A DNA stretch of 64,000 bases from NCBI GenBank assembly GCA_951406725.2, contig OX597826.1, positions 73,408,001-73,472,000 of the forward strand, in the 5' to 3' direction. The notes below the pieces were generated by a model. The model was not told the DNA's origin. It searched no databases and saw only the letters and a program-made list of their open reading frames with translations. The position numbers and the translations under genes are program-made. Shown here in pieces: positions 26,630 to 39,734 of this stretch. Source of the stretch: Octopus vulgaris (Eukaryota). Position 1 is the stretch's first letter, and each line of letters opens with the position of its first letter.

Positions 26630-27142
26630 AAATATTATTAGGAATTGTATAATTAAAAGAATTGTTAAAATATGCTGTGTATTGTAAAAGTGTAACCAAA
26701 TTATTGCACCTAAACTTTAACAACGAAATCATATATGAACCCCTAATGTGGACCCCCGAAGGGTCATGTGGACCCCCAAAGGTTATCTGGACCTCCAATG
26801 GTCATGTGAACCCCCAAAGGTCATGTGGACACCCGAAGGGTCATGTGAGCCCCCAAAGGTTATGTGGACCTCGAAAGGTCATGTGGACTCCAAAAAGGGT
26901 CATGCAGATCTCCAAAGGACATGTGGACCCTCGAAAGGTCAGGTGGACCCCGAAAGGTCATGTGGACCTCCAAAGGTCATGTGAAACCCCTAAAGTCATG
27001 TAACTTCCCCCCCAAAGTTCATGTGGACCCCCGATAGGTCATGTGGACTCCTAAGGTCTTGTGGACCTCCGAAGGGTCATGTAAACCCTCAAAGGTCATG
27101 TGGACCCCGAAGGGTCATACGGACCCCGATTGAGAACCACTA
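26630..27142 (+). mobile_element. Right half of a hAT MITE with an amplified subterminal repeat
   Basis: ATTATTAGGAATTGTATA matches the 8944 region of the 8830-9012 MITE; ends GGACCCCGATTGAGAACCACTA like the other copies. Confidence 0.75.
26745..27128. repeat. 19-21-bp minisatellite (AAAGGTCATGTGGACCCC), about 20 units
   Basis: Units counted by eye; the ORFs at 26662 and 26748 are its translations. Confidence 0.95.
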
Positions 27143-28558
27143 AGCAAGGCCTTTAAAAACGGTGTATACACAATATTTAGAAGTCGTGTACGGGAATAGG
27201 CCCAGGTCGCTGGAAGCTGAGATAAACCCAATGAATAAGTTGCTGGAAGCTGGGATGGGGCCGATGTATAACAATCCCATCCCTTTTGGAGATTATCTAA
27301 CGATGTGGAAGAAGAGGTGAGGAAGAAGAGGAAGAAGAAAACTAATATCTAAATATGTAATCTCTTTTAACAGATTAAAAATTCATCAGGTTTTTTTTAT
27401 GCTTATTTGTTTCTGTTTTTTTTTCTTGTTTGTTTTTTTGGATGTTTATTTTTTTCTTCTTTAACACTTACCTATCCTCTTCATTAATTAATACCGAAAC
27501 TATAAATATTTGTTTCACAAATCTCACCAACAACTTAATCCCCCGCCACAACAAAAGCAGAGAACAATGGCTTAACGAGCTGGCAGGCTTAATCCAGTTA
27601 TACCAATTGGAATCGGAGGCTGTGTTGTAGTGATTGATGGTGGTGGTGGTGGTGATGGTTGTAGTGGTTGTTGTTGTCGTTGTTGTTGTAGTGATGGTGG
27701 TGGTGGTGGTGGTGGTGGTGGTGGTGTTTGTGGTGGTGGTGGTGGTGGCAAATGCGATTGTTAAACAGCACGAGACGGCGGCGGCGGTGGTCGTTGTGAT
27801 GATGGTGGTGGTGGTGATGGTGGTGGTGGTGATGGTGGTGGTGGTGATGTTGGTGGTAGTGGTGGTGATGGTGGTGGTGGTGGTGGTGTCGGTGGTGTCG
27901 AGTGTAGTTGGTAAATAATAGCAGTGGGTTGTGAGTGGCGGTGGTGTTTTGACGGTGATAAACAACAACAACAACAACAGCAACAGCTACAACAACAACA
28001 ATAAAAAAAAAAGACTCACATTCGATGCGTATTATCGAGCTTGTTTGTTACATAGCAACAGACGAGTGTTGGCCCGACCTGGGTCAGTTCAGTTGGACAA
28101 GCATGAAGGATAGATACCAAATTGACCCCGAAAGGCATTTCTTCGTCCAACTGGTCAATGGCCAACACAGCCACAGCGATTACGCCTTGGTCGAGTGAGT
28201 ACAGAAATCCATATATGTTCATGCACAGACACAAATATATACACACACGCACACATACACACATACATACATACATACATACATACATACATACACACAT
28301 ACATACATACATGCATACATACATACATACATACATACAAAGGTTTGGTAATACAAACTGAAAGAAAAGTAGAACTCAAAACATTACTGTGTGTGTGTGT
28401 GTGTGATTATTATTGTTGTTGTTATTGTTGTTGTTGTTATTATTATTATTATTATTATCATTAATCGACAGAGGTTACAAAACGACTCAAGGACCGCACA
28501 CGAAACCCTCGGACCCTGAATCATTTTATGACATCTGCCGATTAAAAGTAATAAAATA

Positions 28559-28619
<61 letters not shown>

Positions 28620-28999
28620 CCATCTATCTATCTATCTACTTATCTATTTCTCTTTCTCTTTGCCTCTCCTTCTCTCTTTCTCCTTTATCTCTTTCTCTCT
28701 CTTGATATATATATAAACATGCGTATATGTGTATGTATATATGTTCACACACACACATAAATCTATACTGTTTGTCTTGATTTTACAAGGTGTTTAACAG
28801 ATTTTCTTGTTGTTCTTGTTATTACGTTCTCGGTGCTGTCGTACAACCGAAGACCGCGTCTTTTGGTCCGCTAGTACCCTTATCCTTCGTGCTATTAGCG
28901 TCTATATCTCGTTTACGTCGCTTAGATCTTGACTAACAAAAACATTTTCGATCTACGGCACTTTATATATGTATGTGATTGTGAGTGTGTGTGTGTACG

Positions 29000-29150
29000 T
29001 AGCACTCCGTCGGTTACGACGACGAGGGTCCCAGCTGATACGATCAATGGAAGAGCTTGCATGTGAAATTAACGTACAAGTGACTGAGCACTCCACAGAC
29101 ACGTGTACTCTTAACATAGTTCTCAGGGAGATTCAGTGTGACACAGAGTG
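29000..29150 (-). mobile_element. SINE family D 3' part
   Basis: AGCACTCCGTCGGTTACGACGACGAGGGTCCCAG..GGGAGATTCAGTGTGACACAGAGTG. Confidence 0.87.
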
Positions 29151-29183
29151 GGATGTATGTACATATACATATGTATATATGCA

Positions 29184-29354
29184 TCGTCTGACGTTACGTT
29201 CTGAGTTCAAATTCCGCCGAGGTAGACTTTGACTTTCATCCTTTCGGGGTCGATAAATAAAGTACCAGTTTCGCATTGGGATCGATGTAATCGACTTAAT
29301 CCCTTTGTCTGTCCTTGTTTGTCCCCTGTATGTTTAGCCCCTTGTGGATAGTAA

Positions 29355-29357
<3 letters not shown>
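29184..29357 (+). mobile_element. SINE family A, 5' truncated
   Basis: GTTCTGAGTTCAAATTCCGCCGAGG..core..TGTCTGTCCTTGTTTGTCCCC tail variant. Confidence 0.87.
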
Positions 29358-29413
<56 letters not shown>

Positions 29414-29479
29414 TAGATAGATAGATAGATACTATTTATATCCTATATATGTGTGTGTGTGTGTGCATCGTGGTATCGG

Positions 29480-29690
29480 CCAGACTACCAAGCTACGATT
29501 GCTACCCGGTTGGCTAGGCAACAAGACCAACATATCCCGCTGTGCGTCTCAAGGTGACCCATTTACAGCTGAGTGGACTGGAGCAATGTGAAATGATGTG
29601 TTTTGCTCAAGAACACAACGCGCTGCTCGATCCGAGAATCGAACCCACGATCTCGTAACCGCAACACCCTAACGACTAGGACACATTCAC
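29480..29690 (-). mobile_element. SINE family F (C/D-type head and CORE-like block with a different tail)
   Basis: Minus strand TAGTCGTTAGGGTGTT..GGTTCGATTCTC..GTGTTCTTGAGCAAAACAC..GCTCCAGTCCACTCAGCTGTAAATGGGT, then sequence unlike the C or D tails. Confidence 0.7.
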
Positions 29691-29730
29691 TTACATTACT
29701 CCACAAAGTACATCATTATTAGTCATAATA

Positions 29731-30003
29731 AAGGCGGCCGAACCGTTTGTCCGTTGGACGAAATGCTTATCGGTATTTCGCCCGTCGCTACGTTCTGAGT
29801 TCAAATTCCGCTGAGGTCGACTTTGCCTTTTATCCTTTCGGGGTCGATAAATTAAGTGCCATGTGCGTACTGGGGTCGACCTAATCTACTGCCCCCTCCC
29901 AAAAAATTTCAGGCCTTTCTTTATTTCTTTATTTATCTAGTTTCAGCTCACGAGCTGTGGCCATGCTGGGGCACCGCCTTGTGCCTATTGTAGAAAGGAT
30001 TTT
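29731..30003 (+). mobile_element. SINE family A with a short insertion near the tail
   Basis: Head, core and AAATTTCAGGCCTT; resumes as GCCTTGTGCCTATTGTAGAAAGGAT after about 65 bp of other sequence. Confidence 0.82.
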
Positions 30004-30049
30004 TAGTCTTAATAAGATGGCTTTTCAAAGAACTCAAGAAATATTCACA

Positions 30050-30215
30050 TATCACTGTGTAGTTACGAAACTCCTCGTTTTGTTACTACGAGGTTTTGGG
30101 TTCAACCCCAATGCACAGCACTTTGGGCGTGTGCCTTCACCTATAGCTCTGCGGCCGACCAATGCCTTGAGATTGAATTTTAAAAGACGGAAACTGTGTG
30201 GAATCTTGTCATGTA
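30050..30215 (+). mobile_element. SINE family B 5' part, diverged
   Basis: GGGTTCAACCCC..CACTTTGGGCGTGTG..GGCCGACCAATGCCTTG..AGACGGAAACTG. Confidence 0.65.
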
Positions 30216-30399
30216 TGTATGTGTGTGCGCTAGCGTAGCTAGAGTGTGTGCCGCCTGGAGCGGCCTTTCAGTTTCCCGCCCCCGAGAAGCATTTCGCCCG
30301 GCGTGCTAACGTTTCCGCCAGCTCACTGCCTTAATCATATTTCATTTTGTTTATATAAACATACGGCTCGTTCATCATTACACGAAGTGCAGATTATGC

Positions 30400-30842
30400 C
30401 CAGGTATAGCTGTGTGGTAAGAAATTTGCTTTCCAAACTCATGGTTCCGGGTTCACTCTCACTGCGTGGAACCACCTTGGGAGCAAACTGTCTTATACTA
30501 TAGCCTCGAGGCGATCAAAGCCTTGTGGGTGGATTTGCTAGACGGATTCTGAAAGAAGCCCGTCTTATATATATATATATTTATGTGTGTCTTTGTATCT
30601 TGTGTGTCTTTGTGTCTGTATTTGTCCATCTCCCCACCACTTAACAACCGGTGCTGGTTTGTTTATATCCCTGTAACTTAGCGGTTCGGCAGAATAGACC
30701 GGGCCTTACAGGCCAAGCTTAATATCAAAATTGCTAAAAATAAAAAGCGTACTGCGGTTGATTTATTCGACTAAAATTTCTTCTAGGAGGTGCCCCAGTT
30801 TGGCCGCGATCTGATGACAGAAGCAAGTAAAAGATAAAAGAA
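30400..30842 (+). mobile_element. SINE family B, full length
   Basis: GCTGTGTGGTAAGAA head through CAAGTAAAAGATAAAAG tail. Confidence 0.87.
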
Positions 30843-30892
30843 AACGATAAAGATTATACCTATAAGTATGTGTGCGCGCGCGCACGAACGCC

Positions 30893-30931
<39 letters not shown>

Positions 30932-31319
30932 GTGTGTTTGAGTGTATAAATGTGAGTATATAGCACTTTATTTATTTTGGAATGGCACTTAAGTAGGCAC
31001 AAGTGGGCTTCTGTGAAGTACCAGAGACTGCTTTAGTGGAAGACTGAGAAGTTGAAATCTTGAGATAAGTAATAAAGGAGGCTGCTCTCGTTTCAGTTAT
31101 GAAGGAGGACAGCTTAAGTCCTAACGTCTACACTTAGTGCTTCAACCATCTACTTTTTCTCAGCGTAAGATGTGTAACTATTGTACAGCGCCTGTGAAAT
31201 GTCTTCCTACTAAGCGGAAGGTATCTTGTCAAAGAGATGTGATGTTGTAACGATCTTCTGTAGGATTTCTTTTGAGAAGCATTTCGTTTCCTTGTGTAAA
31301 ACTTACGACGAATGTGACC

Positions 31320-31612
31320 GCCTTTCAGAAGATATCTGAAAGGCTGTCATATATCTATGTCGAACTGTTGTGATGTTCTAACGGTGTCTGTCAGATATAT
31401 TCTGAAGGACAGTCACATCTCTATGCCAAGCAGTTGCGATGTCCTGACAGATCTCTGTCAAACAGATGTGATGTCTTTGAGATACTTTCTGAAAGACAGC
31501 CACATATCTATGGCAAACAAAGACCTATCAACGTCTGTCATATTTCTAAATGACAGTTACCTCTCTGTGTCAATGTCCTAACAGTGTCTTTGAGATATTT
31601 TCTGAAAGATAG
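31320..31612. repeat. Degenerate ~60-85-bp tandem repeat, about 5 copies
   Basis: Recurring AGATAT..TCTGAAAGACAGTCACATATCTATG..GATGTC. Confidence 0.75.
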
Positions 31613-31961
31613 TAAAAGAAAATCTCAGCATTAAACAAATATCTTTACGATGTCAATGACTCGTCGTTTGAAAGGCCGTCATATGCGTCGTATATAATAC
31701 GAGTACAATAAATAAAAGAAAGAGTGTAGAAAACAAACCTACGATTCATCCACTGGAATGACTGAGCAAATATCTCGCCGTACATGATTACATTTTGGTA
31801 ATTAAATGTGTTTCTCAGTTCAATAGCTGCTAATGATGACTTTCCCGGTAATAATTGACTAGTACTTTATTTGATCGGCCCTGGAAGGTTGAAATGTATA
31901 GTTGGCTTCGGCGAGATTTGAACTAATAATGTAATGAGTTAAAACAAGTTTGCCGCAAATT

Positions 31962-32290
31962 GCGATGGTGAGTCAAAAAGTAATGCCATTTTGTTTAGGA
32001 CAGGTATAATTACCAACACACGAACATGTATCATTCATCAAAATGAAGCTGGTTCTCTGTGGATCACATCCCTACTTCTCAAGATAGTCACCGTTTCTCT
32101 CTCAATAGCAATGTTCCACCTTCGAATGAGAGCATGTATCACTGCTCCGTAAAATTCTGTTGACTGTTCTTTGAGCCAATTCTTCACTACAGTTTTCATT
32201 TCCTCGTCACTGGAATAATATTTGCCTCTCAAACCCTCTTTCGTGGCGCCGAAGAGATGATAGTCTGAAGACGCTAAATAACATCACTTT
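31962..32290 (-). mobile_element. Mariner transposase 3' remnant
   Basis: ORF 32038-32232 RGKYYSSDEEMKTVVKNWLKEQSTEFYGAVIHALIRRWNIAIER resembles a mariner C-terminus; TIR-like CGATGGTGAGTCAAAAAGT at 31962. Confidence 0.82.
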
Positions 32291-32384
32291 ATAGAAATTC
32301 ATGTAACACAACACCCTGAAACACCCTGAAACACCCTGAAACAAAATTTTCTTTGACTTTTTGTCCATATTTACCCAAACGAAG

Positions 32385-32780
32385 TCGTGGCTGTGCAGTA
32401 AGAAACTTGCTTCACAATCACATGGTTCCGGGTTCAGTCCCACTGCGTGACACCTTCGGCGAGTGTCTTCTGCTAGAGCCTTGGGCCGACCAAAGCCTTG
32501 TGAATGGATTTGGTAGACGGAAACTGAAAGAAGCCCGTCGTATATATTATACGTGTGTGTGTGTGTGTGTGTGTATGTTTGTCTTCTCACTACTGCATTG
32601 CAACCGGTGTTGGTGTGTTTACGTCCCCATAACTTAGCGGTTCGGCAGAAAAGATAATAGAATAAGTATCAGACTTTAAAAAAAAGCAGAAAAGTACTGG
32701 GACCGATTCATTCGGCGAAAAATTCTTCAGGCAGTGCTCCAGCATGGTCGCAGTGTAATGACTTGAACTAATAAAAGATA
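32385..32780 (+). mobile_element. SINE family B, full length
   Basis: CGTGGCTGTGCAGTAAGAAACTTGCTTC..GGTTCAGTCCCACTGCG..tail. Confidence 0.9.
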
Positions 32781-33689
32781 AATCATATAATAGTTGTTGT
32801 TGCTACTGCCACTGCTGCTGATGATGATGATGTACACCCGTTTGTTGTTATTGTATCATTAACCTCCGATGACTTCTACAACGGGGGTCAATTACAGATA
32901 CAGCAGCTGTCACGTGCGCGTTGGGTCCACTTCCGGTAAAATTGAATCTGAGGATGTCACTTTAGTAGCCATAATGATCTATCGTTTGTCTTCCAATTAC
33001 ACATCAATCCAGCACCCCACCACCACCACCACCGCCACCACCACCGCCGCCGCCGCCACCACCACCACCACCACCACCACCACCACCACCACCACCACTA
33101 CCACCACTACCACCACCACCGCTGCCCCGATCAACATCAACACCGCCACCACCAGCACATTCATAACTACAACAATAACACCATCATAATAACACCATCG
33201 CCTACTACTACCCAAACACTCTCAACACAACGACCAGTATTGTAGTGGTTGCTGTGTTGATGCTGTTTGTATAGTATCAGTGGTAGTAATAAGAGTGGTA
33301 GCAATGATTATACATACTCACACACACACGTGTGTGTGTGTATGTATAATCATTGTGTGTGTGTGTACAGAACGACGATGACTGATCGAAAAGATGACCG
33401 AGATTGATCGAAACGTCAAAGTCACTATCAACAGCACTTTTGTGTAAAGATAATAAATTTGTACTTTACGAAATTATAGAGCAACCTATGAGATTAATGT
33501 AAATTTGTTTTCATTAGAACTGAACATAAAAACAAACACACGCGCACACACACACACACACACATGTGCGTATATGTGTGTGTATGAGTGAGTATGTATG
33601 TATCTGCATACGTCGTGCGTACATCAATTCGTAGATATATATGCACGTCTACACGCACAGATACACATGAACATATACACATACATATA

Positions 33690-34193
33690 CGTACATACAT
33701 ACATACGTACGTACGTACATACATGCATACATACATACATACATACGTACATACATACGTACGTACGTACGTACATACATACATACATACATACATACAT
33801 ACATACATACATACATACATACATACATACATACATACACACACACATACATACATACATACGTACATACACACACACATACATACATACAAACATACAA
33901 ACATACATACAAACATACATACATACATACATACATACATACATACATACAAACATACATACATACATACATACAAACATACATACATACATACAAACAT
34001 ACATACATACAAACATACATACATACATACATACATACATACATACATACATACATACATACATACATACATACACACATACATACATACATACTTACAT
34101 ACATACATACATACATATTACATACATACATACATACATACATACACACATACATACATACATACATACATACACACATACATACATACATAC

Positions 34194-34225
<32 letters not shown>

Positions 34226-34260
34226 TACATACATACATACATACATACACACACACATAC
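33690..34260. repeat. Long (CATA)n microsatellite, about 570 bp
   Basis: Read directly; explains the YIHT/MYVC ORFs of more than 200 aa. Confidence 0.97.
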
Positions 34261-34432
34261 GTGTCCATATGTTTTGATAGATGTTGTTAATTTCTGCTAA
34301 GGCGGGGGTGAGGTGTCGTGACGTCACGCCGAGGCAAATTTTATTTAGATTTAATTCAGTTTTGTGACTCACTATTGAACACAGATACATATATACACAC
34401 ACAAGAGCACGTATACACACACACATACACAC

Positions 34433-34474
<42 letters not shown>

Positions 34475-34678
34475 ACCCACATATTACGTTTGTAAACACT
34501 CATCGACATATACACATAAAAACACTTAACTGCGCATGTACAACGTACACATGACCTGCACACTCGGTCATATTTTATGTGCATACACGTGTGTGTGTGT
34601 ATGTTAGTGAGTGTGTGTGTGTGTGTTTTAGTGAGTATGTGTGTATATGTGTGCGATTGTGTGAAAATGCACTCACTC

Positions 34679-34728
<50 letters not shown>

Positions 34729-34796
34729 TATATACATATATATGTATATAAAGTTAATCCAAACAAGAAATATATACGTATATACATATATATATG

Positions 34797-34839
<43 letters not shown>

Positions 34840-35002
34840 ACACAAACAGGTATGTGTATATATATATAGTCATGTATCTGTATATATACGTGTGTGTGTA
34901 TACACGTGCGCGCGCACATATACACACACATATATATCTAATATCTTAGACACATTGGAGCAGTTGACAAGTAAATACATGAATTTAAGCATATAGAAAA
35001 GT

Positions 35003-35057
<55 letters not shown>

Positions 35058-35446
35058 CACACACGCACACGCATACACGAATACTTGTAAAGACACCGAG
35101 AAACGCAGAATGTTTTATTGATACCCTTGTGGCAAATAAAATGGAGAATCCGCCTTGCTGCCGGTTGAGTCTCGGTTGGAACCAGTCGACGATCGAGTTT
35201 CTAGTCCCAGTTTAAATTGGTTCGTTTCACTTCCGTCCCTAATTAACACCTTTCTGTCTTTGCAAAGACATCAATGTCACCAGCTTTGGGCTTCCAGACT
35301 GCCATAAATCTCGAATTTATCCACCTTAACTTATTAAATGTCCACTTATTAACCTCCACTTCGCCACACGCCAACACCCTCACATTCCTACTCAATCCCG
35401 CTTTGTCGATTCAGTCGAGTGATAAACGGTTGTTTATAGGTCAGCA

Positions 35447-35497
<51 letters not shown>

Positions 35498-35645
35498 CGT
35501 CAACAGCGTCCTCATTAGACCTGAACCGTGTCTGAATTATTGTCGATCTCTTTCCGTAGCCGGGCGACCATATTCAAAGTCTCCATTGACAGCATATACT
35601 AACCCCTCTGTAGAGGCGTTGCTGGATAAACTGTCAGGGGTTTCG

Positions 35646-35753
<108 letters not shown>

Positions 35754-36864
35754 TGTTTGTGTGAGCGTGCGCATGTATGTACATATATATAAACAGACAG
35801 ACAAACGGATGGATGGATGGATGGATACATACATACGTACATACGTACATACGTACATACATACATACAGAGAGAGAGAGAGAGAGAGAGAGCTATCAGA
35901 TATTGTAATAGAAAATGCCAGTGTTCTCCCCTTTATATTAACACTCTCCTGTCAATAAAGTCTGCCATGTGGAATAAATCTCTGTGTAACACGTTCAGCT
36001 GACATTCGATCGATTAACAAGTAATATGGTGGCTCTGTTGTGTTAGTGAGAGTATAGTGACAGTTACATCTGTTAATTCCGTCGCCCGGATTTCATTTGA
36101 GTGCTGCTAGGGCTCATAGGGTTAAGGGGGAAAAAAACTGTTCTGTTCTTTTGTGACACCAGAAAAGAATAAAGAATTCGTTGCAAGTGAGACGTGTCAA
36201 CCGTCCCAATCGACCAACATTGGTTCAAAACCTCAGATGTAAGTATGGAAGCTGGCACATAACGGTTTAAAACTGGTTCAGTGTTTCAGAAAGCTGATAA
36301 CATTGCCATTCAGGCTCACCATATGCAACCATTTCTGTTCCGTTCACTAAGCCAGCTCCAACATTTGCACTAAATACTTATGCAACCAATCCTTCTTCTC
36401 CAGAAAAGCTTTTCGTCCCCCCGACCCCAGAACACATCTCTTGCTAAAGCCACCGAACTCCAGTTGAAATACGACAATGTCTCATAATACAATAAGTTGA
36501 AAAACGTTTATCACCCAAGGAACACGTAAATAAAACCTTCCTCTTGAATGTGTGTGGGGTAAAGTCCTTAAAAAGAACAACCAAATGTGATCTGCTGATA
36601 GAAGTCTCTAGATAAAGTTAGTAGTGTAAATTAGAAAGGATCTGGATTGTAAAGTCAGTTAGCGAGAGTAACATTAATCTTTCGATATTGTTAGATGCCC
36701 ATTAGTGAAGTATATTCAAGTCTGAGAGGAGAGACTGAGAATTATTAAGTGTACATAGAAATAGGTATTTGTATTATTTGTTGCATTGCTTCTATTTGGA
36801 ATATCATTGGCATAAGAAGGGGAAAATATCTTCACCTCATAAGACATAACAATGCATCTAAAAG

Positions 36865-37260
36865 TGAGGCTCCAATTGTCCTTTACGGGATAGAAACTTG
36901 GAGAATGTACACAACTATGGTGAAAAAGCTGGAAGCTTTTGAAATTTGGATCCTTTGCAGATTGGGCAGGGCAAGCTGGAAAGACAGGGTAACAAATGCT
37001 GCAGCATTGTCAAGAATCAAAACCACAAAGCTATAACATTTTCAACATACAATGCACAACGAGTCATTGCTTAAAACCATTCTGACAGGAATTTTTGATG
37101 CGAAGAGAGTCAGAGGCCAGGAAAGACGTTTGTGAGCGACAACATCAAATAATGGATTGGAAACATGAGACTGGTCCATTGTATGCATACAGCACAAAAT
37201 AGGGAGAGCTGGGGTCTCAGCAAACCGACCCTTGGACGTAGGAAGAGCTGATAGAAATAA
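36865..37260 (+). mobile_element. RTE-clade LINE 3' remnant (post-RT C-terminal region)
   Basis: PIVLYGIETW..KKLEAFEIWILCRLGRASWKDRVTN, then HESLLKTILTG..KRVRG with stops and frameshifts; typical RTE C-terminal motifs. Confidence 0.85.
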
Positions 37261-37532
37261 AGGGAAATTTAGTGGAGCTGATTATGGTTATTAAAAGTAT
37301 GGAGAAAACACTTAAGGGGAGTGTACTACAAACTAAATGCAAATACGCTATAGTCTCATATGTGTAATACAGTGAACGGGAAAACTTCGAACAATTGATT
37401 TATCCATATGATTAGGAATCAAAAACTCCCTCTATAGAGAAGGGGTTATAATCTAAAAAATACAAACCCGGGAGATAATTGAGAGAATTGTAAGGTGAAG
37501 AACACACCTGTTGCCCTTCTATACTTCTGACG

Positions 37533-37920
37533 GAATGGCTTTTGTGGTTAAGAAGTTTGCTTTGCAACCATAAGGTTTCAGGTTCGGTCCCACGGCATGG
37601 CACCCTAGGCAAGTGTTTTCTCTTATAACACCGAGCCGACTAATACCTCGTGAGTGAATATGGTACACGAAAACTGTGTGGAAGCCCGTTTCATCTGTGT
37701 GTGTCTTTGTGTTTGTACCTCTCCACTGCCTGACAACCGGTGTTAGTTTCTCTACGTCCCCGTAACTTAGCGGTTCGTCAAAATAGAACGATGGAATAAG
37801 TGACAGATTAAAAGAAATAACTTAAGTATTAGGGTCGATTTGTTCACCTGAAACTCCTTCAAGGTGATGCCCCTGCATGGCCGCAGTCCAATGACTGAAA
37901 CAAGTAAAAGGTCAAAAGAT
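37533..37920 (+). mobile_element. SINE family B, full length
   Basis: ATGGCTTTTGTGGTTAAGAAG..GGCACCCTAGGCAAGTG..GCATGGCCGCAGTCCAATGACTGAAACAAGTAAAAG. Confidence 0.87.
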
Positions 37921-38448
37921 ATACGAATTACCATACTGCGTCATCACTACATCATGCTTTCAACCACTACTACTACTACTACCACGACTACTACTGCTAC
38001 TACTACTGCTAATGCTGCTGCTGCTACTACTACTACTACTACTACAACCATACTATTCGAATGCGTCACAAATAGCCGCATTAGCACATAAACATCACTA
38101 TATCCATCACCATCGCCACCACCACCATCATACCATATACACACTACTACCAGGACTACCACCTAGAACACTACACCATAGCTACTACTACCAATACACC
38201 GATATCACTTCACACAACAATTACCACCACCGCCGCCATCGCCTATATAACAAGATTATCCCTTCATTAATATAAATTAAGCCGTTCTGTTTTTGTTATT
38301 GTTGTTTAATCCTCGGTCTACTCCCTAATTTTCCTAATCCCTACTTTTATTTGACCCCTTAAATATCCCCTGCCCCGCCCCTATGTTTCGGCATAACTGC
38401 TCTCGATCGTCGCTTAATTGTACGTTCCTTAATATCACAGCTGTTTGT

Positions 38449-38582
38449 AAGGCGGCAAGCTGGCAGAATCGTTAGCACGCCGGACAGAATGCGTTGCGAA
38501 ATTTCGTCCATCTTTACGTTCAGAGTTCAAATCCTGTCAAGGTCGACTTTCCCTTCCGTCCCTTTCAGAGATCGATAAAATA
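38449..38582 (+). mobile_element. SINE family A, 3' truncated
   Basis: AAGGCGGCAAGCTGGCAGAATCGTTAGCACGCCGG..GAGTTCAAATCC..GATCGATAAAATA. Confidence 0.82.
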
Positions 38583-38667
38583 GCTGCAACTCGCCTGAGA
38601 CCGACGAACTAGGTTCCTTTGACGAGTTCAGGTTGCATGGGACCGAATCAAACTGTTATATATATAT

Positions 38668-38860
38668 TACTCTTTTACTTGTTTCAGTCATTTGACTGCG
38701 GCCATGCTAGAGCACCGCCTTTAGTCGAACAAATCTACACCAGGACTTATTCTTTGTAAGCCTAGTACTTTTCTATCGGCCTCTTTTGCTGAACCGCTAA
38801 GTTGCGGGGACGTAAACACACCACCATCGGTTGGTCAAGCGATGTTGGGGGGACAAACAT
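38668..38860 (-). mobile_element. SINE family B 3' part
   Basis: TACTCTTTTACTTGTTTCAGTCATTTGACTGCGGCCATGC..AAGCGATGTTGGGGGGACAAAC. Confidence 0.9.
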
Positions 38861-38874
38861 ATACACGCACATAC

Positions 38875-38942
<68 letters not shown>

Positions 38943-39476
38943 GGGAGGGAGGGAGGGGGGAGAGAAAAAGAGAGAGAGAGAGAAATCCACATGCGTGTGT
39001 CTATGTCTGTATGTTTTTTATGTTTGTATTTATGTATATACCTGTGCGGGTATGTGTGTGGACATATGCGCATATAAAATATATGCATATGCATGTGTAT
39101 GTGTGTGTATGTGTGTGTATGAGGGTATGCATAAGTGTATGCATGTGTGTATATGAGGGTATACATAAGTGTTTGTGTGTGTAGGTGTTTATGTCCGTGT
39201 ATTTGTATCGTGTCCATACTTCAGGACACCAAATGTATATAGTACTCGATACAGAGATGTAGAGTTACGTATTTGTATTTCTTAGATGAAATACAGAAAC
39301 TGCTGAAGCTACTCAGGGGTTTTGCAAACTCTGCTGAAATCCATTGCAATGCTGGAAACTCTTCTCTGTTGTTAGCCTGTATCTCAGAGTCACAAACGTT
39401 TCGACCCATAGCTGTACGTTTCACCTGGATAGGGTAGCGAGGACTGAACTAGTCGTTACCTACGGAAGGGTTCAAG

Positions 39477-39734
39477 AAGGGGTTCCCAACCATTTTGTTA
39501 TCTATGAACCCCTTTGATTACTACTTTATTGACGTGGATCCCCCATAGTCATTCGAAGTTTAAAACTAGTTTTACAGAAACTTTCAAAATTCCTGTCAGA
39601 GAAAGAAATCCAGCTGTTTCTTGTAATACGTACCAATACATACTTCTAAATTTACTATTTCTTCTGTCCCATCCCCACCCCTTAAATCTTATATGGACTC
39701 TCAGGGGCAAATGGACGCCGGTTGAGAAGCACTG
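39477..39734 (+). mobile_element. hAT (Charlie-like) MITE
   Basis: Ends AAGGGGTTCCCAACC and GGTTGAGAAGCACTG; imperfect 8-bp TSD GGTTCAAG/GGTTAGAG; 5' part matches 8830-8910. Confidence 0.75.

Noticed and set aside
26745-27128. Regular repeat as a CRISPR-like array or a repetitive protein (ORFs at 26662 and 26748)
   Set aside because: Units are contiguous with no spacers, vary from 19 to 21 bp so the frame shifts, have no cas genes nearby, and end in a MITE TIR.
35560-35640. Possible exon GRPYSKSPLTAYTNPSVEALLDKLSG after TCTCTTTCCGTAG
   Set aside because: No good donor site and no recognisable homology.
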